DNA of 63,436 nucleotides, counting the filler, from Candidatus Desantisbacteria bacterium CG1_02_49_89 (GTDB taxonomy: Bacteria; Desantisbacteria; UBA1551), in NCBI GenBank assembly GCA_001871075.1. It is 5 parts of 5 records of this genome, joined end to end, with 100 filler letters (N's around TTAATTAATTAA, not from the genome) between each part and the next. Parts side by side here need not be neighbours in the genome. Positions count along the whole stretch, not along the records: positions 1 to 7,702 come from MNUP01000121.1; positions 7,803 to 18,830 come from MNUP01000115.1; 3 more parts are not named here. One strand, written 5' to 3'. Made by a program: the position numbers and the translations under genes. Positions 1 to 8,333 of the stretch are shown here, one piece after another; the stretch's first letter is position 1; every line of letters begins with the position of its first letter. The notes under the pieces are model-generated. The model had not been told where the DNA came from, ran no database searches, and saw nothing but the letters and a program-made list of their open reading frames with translations.

Positions 1-34
1 AACAGAGAAAACGCCTGATTCCCTGTTGAACATT

Positions 35-2413
35 TCAAATGGAAGAGTGATGAATTCCAAAGAAGCCGCGCTTATGGTCTCGGTCTGGGCAGCCGGAAGC
101 AGTCCCGCATCCGGGTTTTCCGCGCTGATAACAATACGTGCGCTCCCAGACCCAGATAGTTGTGGCGCCCTGCCCGTGGATCGCTCCCTGCCAGAGCACG
201 TTCCTGACATGCGCGGACGGTATATACCCGAAATCCCTGTCCATGATAAGGTGGTTCTCGGAATTAAAGACCGGCTTGTCTGCAACAGAACGCTGCAGGT
301 CATAAGCCATATTCTCAACCTGCCAGCCGCTGCAATATTCCCCGTCTCTGGCATACCACTTGCAGCAGTCATTACCGTTGATCTGGCTCAATTCCCCGAA
401 CAGCTCAGGGTCGATCCCCCATCCTGTTGTCCCCCTGTCCGCGACCGGGCACCACATCATTATTTTCGCGTGCACGGGCAGGTCCGGTGCGACCTCATGT
501 ATAATATCAGCCATAAATTTGTGCCAGCCCGCGAACCTTTCCGCGTTAAAGACCGCCCAGTCATAATAAACAGGCTTCTCTTTTACATTTGACCCCTGGG
601 CAGGCACATCATCGAAAGAACTATAGCTGGTGCCGTAATTCTTGTTCAGCGTCCCGATACTGCCGTGTTTTTTCTGGAGCCATTCCCTCCACATATTTTT
701 TGTAAATTCGCACTCCCTTGACTCGGTATAGACCGGCTCGTTGGAAAGGCAGACGCTGTGAAGCGCCGGGTGGTCCTTGACCATGGGTATCACGAAACGT
801 ATAAAGTCTTCCAGCACCCTGCGGCTCTCAGGCGCGTCAATGCAGTATTGCAGGAACCCGCCTGAACAGCTCTTTAAATGAGGGTATTTGTTCTTCACCC
901 ACTCCGGAAAATAATGGGGGCTGAGCAGAAGGTTTATCGCGACGTTGTTCGCCTGCGCCCTGTCAGCGACTTTCAGAAAATCCTTCACAGCCGCGTCCGA
1001 GACCTTTCCCTCTGAAGGGAAAACGCTGTTAGGCCCGAACTCGATCTGGATAATGTTAATGCCGTAACCCGGAAATTTTTCAATATCCGCGCGCACCTGC
1101 CCGAATGCCCCGTACCCGGTAAAGAACACCGGGCGGGTCTCAGCCCTGCCTGAAAGGGTCTTTGTGGCTGCAATAAAACAGGGGCCTTCGATCTTTATGG
1201 AGCTGGTTGGCACATACCTTGGCACTTCCAAGACCTTGCGGCCGCCTGCGGCTATTCCGTCCAGGTCCTTTTTTGTTTCTTTAAGCATTGTATCTATTTC
1301 ATCAACCGCGTCCTGTGCCCTCTTGATCTCTCTTTTCGTTAGATCCTGGCTTACATACTTAAGAAAGTTCTCCGCCACTGTCACCGCGACTTTCTGGTAA
1401 GAACAGTCAATCCCTTTGTTCTCCAGATCCTGCGCCAGCACCTTCAAGGCATTATTGTTCTCCTCTAAGCCTGAGATCCTGGCCAGGAGCTTATCTTTCG
1501 CCTGCTCAGCGCTGTAAACAGTGAAAAAAACCTCTTCTTTTTTCTTTCCGGGTGCCCCTGCTGAAAACCTGTAAGCCCCAGCGGAAATATTTTTCGTATT
1601 TAATTGAAGCGTGGTTATGTTCTCACCCTTTTTTATTTCGATCTCCTGTGCCGGGAATTCCGCGTATTTTTTCCCTTCTTTGTCCAGAATACCGAATTCC
1701 AGCTCCGCCTCACCAAGGTCTTTAGCGCTGAGCAGACAGAACTCCGCCTCCAGGCTCTCTCCTATTAAAAATTCATTCTTATTTATTTTCAAAGAACTTT
1801 TATCAGCCGCAGGCCCGGAAAACGGCCTCGCGCGGTAAGAAATGTCCGCTATATCCCCTTCCCCTGATCTTGCCAGGCGCACTTCGTCTATCCACAAACC
1901 TTTTGTGATGCCGTCCACGTCTATCCTCAAAGGCCAGGCAGTTTCTTTACCGGTCCTGAATTCCAGCTCAAACCTTGTCCAGTCAAAGCTGCCTGAAGGA
2001 AACCCTTTTCTGACCGCCCATCCGGGACCTCCGCCGAACCAGGCATTTTCCTGGCTTTCAGCTTTCGCCCGGATAGAAAGGATGTACCCGGTATTAGGCT
2101 CCACAGGTATATCCTGCTGCAGGCCTCCGTATACATGCGGACCAAAATCCGAGGCGCTGGCAAGCCTTACTGCCCTTTTGCCGGAATAATAAACTCCATT
2201 ATCCATGCCGCAGGTTGCTTTGGCATTCCTGGAAATTCCCCAGTTCCAGGAAGCGGGCAGCTCTTCCCCTTCCTCAAAATCGGGATTCCGCACTAAATTT
2301 TCCGCGCGGATAAATTTCAATGGCAACCCTGGCTCCTTTTCTGATCCTGTCCCTTCGGCGCAAACAAGGCTCAGGCATAACACCATAAACCACAAAAAGA
2401 CATTTTTAACCAC
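35..2413 (-). CDS. Secreted GH42-like beta-galactosidase with N-terminal CBM4/9-like domain; C-terminus appears truncated or frameshifted
   Basis: Signal peptide, NLVRNPDFEE CBM-type start, LSNEP acid/base and FNSENH nucleophile-type motifs of a clan GH-A barrel. Start reassigned to GTG at 2413 (AGGGAG upstream). Confidence 0.65.
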   Translation of the reverse strand: MVKNVFLWFMVLCLSLVCAEGTGSEKEPGLPLKFIRAENLVRNPDFEEGEELPASWNWGISRNAKATCGMDNGVYYSGKRAVRLASASDFGPHVYGGLQQDIPVEPNTGYILSIRAKAESQENAWFGGGPGWAVRKGFPSGSFDWTRFELEFRTGKETAWPLRIDVDGITKGLWIDEVRLARSGEGDIADISYRARPFSGPAADKSSLKINKNEFLIGESLEAEFCLLSAKDLGEAELEFGILDKEGKKYAEFPAQEIEIKKGENITTLQLNTKNISAGAYRFSAGAPGKKKEEVFFTVYSAEQAKDKLLARISGLEENNNALKVLAQDLENKGIDCSYQKVAVTVAENFLKYVSQDLTKREIKRAQDAVDEIDTMLKETKKDLDGIAAGGRKVLEVPRYVPTSSIKIEGPCFIAATKTLSGRAETRPVFFTGYGAFGQVRADIEKFPGYGINIIQIEFGPNSVFPSEGKVSDAAVKDFLKVADRAQANNVAINLLLSPHYFPEWVKNKYPHLKSCSGGFLQYCIDAPESRRVLEDFIRFVIPMVKDHPALHSVCLSNEPVYTESRECEFTKNMWREWLQKKHGSIGTLNKNYGTSYSSFDDVPAQGSNVKEKPVYYDWAVFNAERFAGWHKFMADIIHEVAPDLPVHAKIMMWCPVADRGTTGWGIDPELFGELSQINGNDCCKWYARDGEYCSGWQVENMAYDLQRSVADKPVFNSENHLIMDRDFGYIPSAHVRNVLWQGAIHGQGATTIWVWERTYCYQRGKPGCGTASGCPDRDHKRGFFGIHHSSI

Positions 2414-2420
2414 GAATTTC

Positions 2421-2487
2421 TCCCTGCAGCTGCTGCGCAACTTAACGCAGGGACCTTCGGGTCAGAACTGAACCGATGACCCTGCGG
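2421..2487. mobile_element. 67-nt two-hairpin mini-element, copy 1
   Basis: Interrupts TAACCACGAATTTC^CACGGATTCTCACGAATTT; the uninterrupted site is at 31723-31755; homologous copies at 40632 and 54721. Confidence 0.8.
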
Positions 2488-2530
2488 CACGGATTCTCAC
2501 GAATTTTAAACTTTAGAGTAGAGCCTTAGG

Positions 2531-2579
2531 AGTAGACCCTTTAGGGTCGTTTAAATAACGGGGCTAAAGCCCCTACTCC
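2531..2579. repeat. REP-like doublet (GTAG-hairpin ... hairpin-CTAC)
   Basis: AGTAGACCCTTTAGGGTCGTTTAAATAACGGGGCTAAAGCCCCTACTCC; near-identical copy at 43767-43812. Confidence 0.8.
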
Positions 2580-2587
2580 CAAAACAA

Positions 2588-2639
2588 GCAAACCTTCCTC
2601 CATCAAGATCGGCGGATCTACGAAAAGGTTTGTCCTATC
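2588..2639. repeat. REP-like hairpin carrying a 28-nt insert (2596-2623)
   Basis: GCAAACCT[28 nt]AAAGGTTTG versus empty GCAAACCTAAAGGTTTG at 46758-46774. Confidence 0.75.
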
Positions 2640-2729
2640 CGCCCCGATGACCATCGGGGCGAGACCTCACCCCAAAGGGGCGGGCGATAAAATTCCTTGT
2701 TGTTAATTCATAACTCATAACTCATAATT
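2638..2729. repeat. Double-hairpin CGCCC module followed by AAATTCCTTG linker and 7-mer array
   Basis: TCCGCCCCGATGACCATCGGGGCGAGACCTC...; TCATAAC/TCATAAT x3. Confidence 0.7.
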
Positions 2730-2733
2730 ATTC

Positions 2734-5700
2734 TTACGGAGCAAAATATATATCTAAAAACCTAGTCGGGTCCTGCCAGTACGCGCCTGTCATATCCCCG
2801 TAAACGTATTCGTCCTCTCTCTCACCCTTCTCGTCCGTGTCACCCGTAATGAACTTGATGCCTATCACCTGGCCGGCTTTCGGCTTGAAACTGAGCTGGG
2901 CCCAGGGGATCGCGGCTTCAATGACCCAGCCGTTTGCGTTTGGCAGGGCAAGCCCTGCAGCTACGATCTTAGAGGCAATTTTAATCTTGCTTAAATCCAG
3001 GCCGGGATGCCCGGGCCCGCCGAACGCCTGCGAAACTTCCTTCAACATCGGCTTGTTGCCGGGGCCTGTGGGCGTGAACACGAATTCAAAATCATCCCCG
3101 TCGAACGTTGAGCCTGAAGCGTTCTTCCCCAGATCCAGATAAAGCCTGTAGTAGTCGCAGTGCTGGAAATCCGCTGTTGCCGCGTCGTTGCAGGAAACAA
3201 AGTCGTCAGTCACGTCAGCCGCGAAATATAAATTGTCCTTATCCCAGGTAACGTAACACACGGATGAAAAATCTTTCGGGTCCTTGTCAGGGTTTGAGCA
3301 TTGCGCAGGCATGTTCAGCGCTATCTTCTGGAAATCCTTCCACTCATCCAGGCTCGCGTCAATTTTCATTGGGGTTTTCGCTATTTTGATAATGGGAAGG
3401 TCTATTACCTGGCTTCCCTTCATCACACCTGCTTCACCCGCGTCGATCACGAAGTGAATATTCGCCGAGGCTTCAGGCGCGCTGATGTTCTCAACGATAA
3501 AGCCAAGGGTTGCCGGGTTTGCGGGCCGCAAAGGCCCGAACCCGAGGTTCGGGGGAGTTGCCTCGTATCCTTTGGGCAGGCTTATCTTCAGCTCTCCCTT
3601 TATTTCCCGGTTCAGGTTATTGGCCGCTTCTATTGAAACCAGCATCCTGTTCGCATCAAGCCTTTTTGTCTTCTGAGCGTTGATCTTCACAGGGCTTACT
3701 CCGGCTATCTTCGCTTTTTCAAGGATAGCCTTTATTTCTGCGGAGTTCCCCTTATCGCTTGAAAGGTACATAACAGCGTCTGAAAGCGGGATGCGGGTTT
3801 TGCCGTCTTTTGTTTCAGGTTTTACAGGGCCTCCCATGATATCAACTATTTTCACGCTGTCAGGCAAAGCAGATATAACCATCTCCGCGCCTTCTGAAAG
3901 GCTCCAGAGAACAAAACACGATCTGCTGCTTTTTTCAAACAAATAGCAGTATATCGAACCGCCAAGGTCCAGTTTCCCCTTGTAATCCAGGCTTTCAAGC
4001 TCCCTGGTCAGATTACAGTATGCCGCAAAAGACGGTTTCGGGGTAAAGTCATTAAAAAGCAGGCCCTGGTTATGCTCAAAGTTCTTTGGGTCAGACCCGC
4101 CGTTTGAGAACATGAACCAGAAATGCTTTTTCAACCCTTCTGCCAATCCGAGAATGTATGTGCGGGGCAGATATTTTCCCTGCAGTTCCTCTGAAATTCC
4201 CACCCAGTTGTCAGCGAACTCAGGCGCGGTTATGTTCGTGGGCCAGCCCATTTCAGTCATCCACAGGTCCTTTTCCTTTCCGTCCCCGAACTTCCTCATT
4301 ACTTCTCTTGCCTTCCTTATCGCGTCAATGTAACCCGCTGACTCAGGCGGGTTCGGGCCCGGCTGGTAGTGGTGTATCGAAGCTACGTCCATATACGGGA
4401 ACCCGCCTGCCTTGAAAACCTGGGTCATATGATTGTATTCAGTGCCGCCCAGCCCGATAACTATGCAGGCCGGGTCTGCCTTGTGCGCCTGTTCATACGC
4501 GACTTTCAATAGATCCGTGTAATCCTGCACAGACCCACCGTTAAAGAAAAGGCAGTTGGGCCAGGGCTCATTCCATATCTCCCACGCCTTGATCTTGCCT
4601 TTGTACCGGCTCACTGTCTCGAAAACATATTTTCCCCATTTATCCAGGTCCTTCGGCGGGAAATCCCCCCATCCGGCGTGCACGCCAGTGGAGATCGGTT
4701 TATAGCCTTTGGGCATCTTCCTTTCCCAGTCAGGCGGGGTTGAAAGAACAGGCATAATATTAATACCGTTCTTGTAAGATTCAACCGTCATCGCGTCGTA
4801 CCCGTCCCACACGAACTTGCCGGGCTGCTGTTCAGCCCATTTCCAGCCCATTCCCCTCCTGTCCCATTTTATGCCTGCAAGGTTACCGAGTGTGTAGTCG
4901 GACATGAAATTGACGCCGAACGGAGAATTGTAATCTAAAGCCGCTCCCTTGTTCGGGGCAATAACCGCCATCCCCATTCTTTTCTTGATCTCCTGGTTGT
5001 CTATCTTAAGGCTAAGGTTTATCCAGTAAAACCCGGGGTTGTCCATCTTCAGCTTGAAATTCGAGCCTGCCTTTCCTTCCCCGAAAACAAACTGTTTTGA
5101 ATCTTCTTTTACCTTCCTGCCGAAGAAATCTAGAATATCCGTGTTCAGGGCCATCTTCCTGCCTTTTAACGCGTCCTTGCCTGCTGCAGCCTCAACCGGC
5201 TCAGTAAGGCGCATGTTCTTCATATAGAAGGAAACTTCCTTGTCCACCGGCACCGCGTAACAAGGCACGTAGAAATTTATCTGCACCATGTTCGAGCGAT
5301 CGCCCTTCAAAGGCAGGGAGATACTCTGCCACTGGTTCGGTTTCAGGCTGCCTACGGACCTTTCAAGCAGTATCTTTTTCTGGTCAACAAACTTCGCTGT
5401 AAGGTAATCTGCGTTCTGTAAAGGATAGATCTCAAACTCAAGCTTCCCAAAATTCGACCAGTCCACAGGAGTTGTGGGGTTCCACATCCAATCAACCCAG
5501 TCCTGCGCAGGCTCTTTTACCAGATAAGTAACTTTAACGACCTGGCCCGATCCATCGGGATCCTTTTCGTACTTGCCCCAGGAATCTCCGTTCGCCATGT
5601 GCTCTTCCTGGAAAGCGTTCAGGTCCTGGAAATTTAGTATATCATCCGATGTCATGAAAGAAACGTCTAAGTTTATTTCCTCTCCGGGTTTGAAGATATT

Positions 5701-7650
5701 ATATCTGTTGTTCGTCCTTGCAATGAAAATAAGGCTTTCAAGCGGGGTCTTCGAGGCAGCTGCCTTCGCCTTCTGCGCCGCTTCAGCCGGCCCTGAACCC
5801 GTGCTCACCTTGAAATCGTCTATGGTGATCGCCCCTCCCCTGAATATGCCCACTATCAGGTTGTAATCCTCAAAATCATCAAGAGTTATCGTTATTGTCT
5901 TGCTGCCTATGCTTCCAGGCCCGTCAGTCCACTGTGTCCACCCTCTGTCAGAAGGCCCCACTCCTGCTGTGTTTGAACGCGCGAGGAAATAAAAATACGC
6001 GTCTTCGGATTTAGCCAGGACCTTGTAATTGAAGGATATTGTGTATTCCTTCCCTCCCTGAAGCAAGAGCGCGTCAGGGCTGGTGTGGAAGAACTCGTGC
6101 CAGTCATCGCTGTCATTCCGTCCGTCGCCTTTAAGCGAAGCCTTGCCTGAAATTATCTCGTTCTTGTCGCTGCTGAAAGTACCCCATTCCCTTATGTCCC
6201 AGTCTGAATCCTTTTCATTCGCCTCAAAACCGTAATTCGCGATAACTTTCATCGGCTCTTCCTTCGGTTTTGCCGGCGCTTTTACTTCTTCTTTTTTCAC
6301 AGGCGCCTTCTGCTCCTTTTCCCTGTTCTTACTCTCGTCTCTTATTACCTTTTCAATAGTTCCCTCATCAGGCTCACCTTCAAAAACAGCGAAATCATCT
6401 ATCACTATCGAGCTCTGCTTGAAGATACCGATTATAAGGTAGTAATCCGGGAACTCGTCAAGAGCGAACGTTATCAGCTTTACGCCTTCTTCCCCCGCTT
6501 CCTCGTTTATATCTGTCCAGCCCTTGTCAGCAGGGCCCGGTGCTCCGCCGATTATTGAACGGGCAAGGAAATAAGACCTTGCCCCATCCCCCTTTTCAAG
6601 TATCTTGTATTTAAAATAGACAGTATAAGTGCCGCCGCCTTCAAGGGGAAGCTTGGCAGCGTCAGTGTGGAAGAACTCGTTCCAGTCGCTTGTTCCCTCC
6701 ATACTGTTACCTTTCATAGAGGACTTGCCTGAAATAATTTCTTTTTTGTCGGTCGTTATGCCTGCTGCTGCTCCCGGAACCCATTCCTCAGGGTCTGCCG
6801 GCTCAAACCCGTAATAGCCCACAAGGCCCTTGGGACCCGGTTCTTTCTTTCCTTTTACTGCTTTCTTTGCCTGAGATTCCTTCTTCTTTTCTTTCGGCGC
6901 CTCACCGAGTTTCTTGCTTGTCTCTGAATAATACTTATCTATTTCCTCAGCTGAAAGTGGGCGGTTGTATATCTTTACCTCGTCTATCATCCCGGGAAAG
7001 TGATCTCCGATAGCAAGTGCTTCGTTATTTGTCTTCATCTCCGCGAAACCAGGGTCTGAACTGGACACCTCAACTCCGTCTATGTAAAAAACCACATTCG
7101 GCCCCGCCCCGTCAAAAGTAACCGCGATATGGTGCCAGGAATCATCCCAGGGGTTAAATCCTGAAGAGAGATCGTTAAAAGCCAATGAAGATTCTATATA
7201 GGAAGCAGACCATGATAAAACTCCGTTGTCAACGTTCAGGTATATGCCATAGTTGCGCGACTCACCGCTCCATTTCCTTATCACGTTCTGCCAGGAGCTG
7301 TTAGAGCCGGACGCCCTCATCCAGAACATGACCGTGCCTGCTTTTGTCAGGCCCAGGTCTTTCGCGTTCTTTACGTCAACGATGCTGGTTGTTCCGTCAA
7401 ATGAAAGGCAGTATCCGATCCCTTCTTTCGACCATGTTGCCCCGTTGATCGCCGCATCGTGCTTGTTGCCGGAAAGGTCAGCCGACGTCTTCCCGCTTCC
7501 TTCGTCAAAGCTCCAATACGCCACCAGTCCCTTCTCCGCTGCGTAGGTTAATGCTACGCAGGGATTTTCGAAGACCCGCCAAAGCTTTTGTGGCGGGAGC
7601 CCTGCGAAAAATACCAGCGACAAAATTGTAATGCTTATTAATTTTTTCAT
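2734..7650 (-). CDS. Giant secreted multidomain glycoside hydrolase: LamG, two tandem CBM-like repeats, GH39/GH5-like barrel, C-terminal CBM9-like domain
   Basis: MKK signal peptide; AYWSFDE...IDEVKIYNRPLS LamG; WEIWNEP and WMTEMGWP catalytic Glu motifs; WDKDNLYFAADVTDD and GWVIEAAIPW CBM9-like motifs. Confidence 0.75.
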   Translation of the reverse strand: MKKLISITILSLVFFAGLPPQKLWRVFENPCVALTYAAEKGLVAYWSFDEGSGKTSADLSGNKHDAAINGATWSKEGIGYCLSFDGTTSIVDVKNAKDLGLTKAGTVMFWMRASGSNSSWQNVIRKWSGESRNYGIYLNVDNGVLSWSASYIESSLAFNDLSSGFNPWDDSWHHIAVTFDGAGPNVVFYIDGVEVSSSDPGFAEMKTNNEALAIGDHFPGMIDEVKIYNRPLSAEEIDKYYSETSKKLGEAPKEKKKESQAKKAVKGKKEPGPKGLVGYYGFEPADPEEWVPGAAAGITTDKKEIISGKSSMKGNSMEGTSDWNEFFHTDAAKLPLEGGGTYTVYFKYKILEKGDGARSYFLARSIIGGAPGPADKGWTDINEEAGEEGVKLITFALDEFPDYYLIIGIFKQSSIVIDDFAVFEGEPDEGTIEKVIRDESKNREKEQKAPVKKEEVKAPAKPKEEPMKVIANYGFEANEKDSDWDIREWGTFSSDKNEIISGKASLKGDGRNDSDDWHEFFHTSPDALLLQGGKEYTISFNYKVLAKSEDAYFYFLARSNTAGVGPSDRGWTQWTDGPGSIGSKTITITLDDFEDYNLIVGIFRGGAITIDDFKVSTGSGPAEAAQKAKAAASKTPLESLIFIARTNNRYNIFKPGEEINLDVSFMTSDDILNFQDLNAFQEEHMANGDSWGKYEKDPDGSGQVVKVTYLVKEPAQDWVDWMWNPTTPVDWSNFGKLEFEIYPLQNADYLTAKFVDQKKILLERSVGSLKPNQWQSISLPLKGDRSNMVQINFYVPCYAVPVDKEVSFYMKNMRLTEPVEAAAGKDALKGRKMALNTDILDFFGRKVKEDSKQFVFGEGKAGSNFKLKMDNPGFYWINLSLKIDNQEIKKRMGMAVIAPNKGAALDYNSPFGVNFMSDYTLGNLAGIKWDRRGMGWKWAEQQPGKFVWDGYDAMTVESYKNGINIMPVLSTPPDWERKMPKGYKPISTGVHAGWGDFPPKDLDKWGKYVFETVSRYKGKIKAWEIWNEPWPNCLFFNGGSVQDYTDLLKVAYEQAHKADPACIVIGLGGTEYNHMTQVFKAGGFPYMDVASIHHYQPGPNPPESAGYIDAIRKAREVMRKFGDGKEKDLWMTEMGWPTNITAPEFADNWVGISEELQGKYLPRTYILGLAEGLKKHFWFMFSNGGSDPKNFEHNQGLLFNDFTPKPSFAAYCNLTRELESLDYKGKLDLGGSIYCYLFEKSSRSCFVLWSLSEGAEMVISALPDSVKIVDIMGGPVKPETKDGKTRIPLSDAVMYLSSDKGNSAEIKAILEKAKIAGVSPVKINAQKTKRLDANRMLVSIEAANNLNREIKGELKISLPKGYEATPPNLGFGPLRPANPATLGFIVENISAPEASANIHFVIDAGEAGVMKGSQVIDLPIIKIAKTPMKIDASLDEWKDFQKIALNMPAQCSNPDKDPKDFSSVCYVTWDKDNLYFAADVTDDFVSCNDAATADFQHCDYYRLYLDLGKNASGSTFDGDDFEFVFTPTGPGNKPMLKEVSQAFGGPGHPGLDLSKIKIASKIVAAGLALPNANGWVIEAAIPWAQLSFKPKAGQVIGIKFITGDTDEKGEREDEYVYGDMTGAYWQDPTRFLDIYFAP

Positions 7651-7702
7651 GTCTTTTTCCTTTCCCTTTATATCGTTCTCTTTTCCCTATTCTTCTTCCC
7701 CC

Positions 7703-7802
7703 NNNNNNNNNNNNNNNNNNNNNNNNNNNNNNNNNNNNNNNNNNNNTTAATTAATTAANNNNNNNNNNNNNNNNNNNNNNNNNNNNNNNNNNNNNNNNNN
7801 NN
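7703..7802. other. Artificial contig linker
   Basis: N-run with central TTAATTAATTAA (stops in all frames). Confidence 0.98.
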
Positions 7803-8099
7803 CCGCATTTGAGGATATTACCGGAATTCGAATATAACGAAAGAACGTTCCTGGAATCACCCATTGATGTCCTCTGGGCCGCTTCTAAAAACAGCCGTTT
7901 TGCCGCGCGCAGGGATGAGCTGAAGATAACGGAGACGCGGAAATATCCTGTTATGGCGGATATCAGGATAGAGTGTATGGTCTGCGGGAAAGAATTCATT
8001 TTCAACGGCGGGGAGCAAAAGTGGTATAAAAAACGCGGATTGAGCCAGCCAAAACGATGTCCGGATTGCCGGGAAAGGGTGCCTGGACCGGGTATGTAG
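7803..8099 (+). CDS. Zinc-ribbon domain protein (5' partial)
   Basis: CMVCGKEFIFNGGEQKWYKKRGLSQPKRCPDCR, two CxxC pairs; frame open from the contig edge. Confidence 0.8.
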   Translation, partial: PHLRILPEFEYNERTFLESPIDVLWAASKNSRFAARRDELKITETRKYPVMADIRIECMVCGKEFIFNGGEQKWYKKRGLSQPKRCPDCRERVPGPGM

Positions 8100-8248
8100 G
8101 TGATAAGGAAGTTCTTGACGAGATCGCAAGGATTGAAAAGAAATTGTTTGCCGGTTGAACGATATGTCACATGTCAAGACCTGACACCTAAGTTTTTGGG
8201 TCTACGTCTCTGGGTTCATAAGTGTGGTTTTTTCCTGTGGTTTTTTCC

Positions 8249-8277
8249 TTGACAAAATTGATATTCTAGTGTATAAT
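8249..8277 (+). promoter_or_regulatory. Consensus sigma70 promoter
   Basis: TTGACA-17 nt-TATAAT upstream of the ATPase gene at 8334. Confidence 0.85.
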
Positions 8278-8333
8278 TATATAAGAATTATTAAGTTGTT
8301 TCTATATTACTATATTAAAATTATGAGGTTAAA

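Noticed and set aside
26-592. 188-aa plus-strand ORF and the many other antisense or nested ORFs
   Set aside because: Shadows of longer motif-bearing genes on the opposite strand; no recognisable motifs.
2421-2487. Hairpin modules as tRNA, ribozyme or integron attC sites
   Set aside because: No cloverleaf, no hammerhead core, no RYYYAAC..GTTRRRY box pattern or cassette organisation recognised; an Rfam search would be needed to exclude this fully.
7703-7802. TTAATTAATTAA motif inside N-runs (four times)
   Set aside because: Artificial joining linker; ORFs that run into it and adjacencies across it are artefacts.
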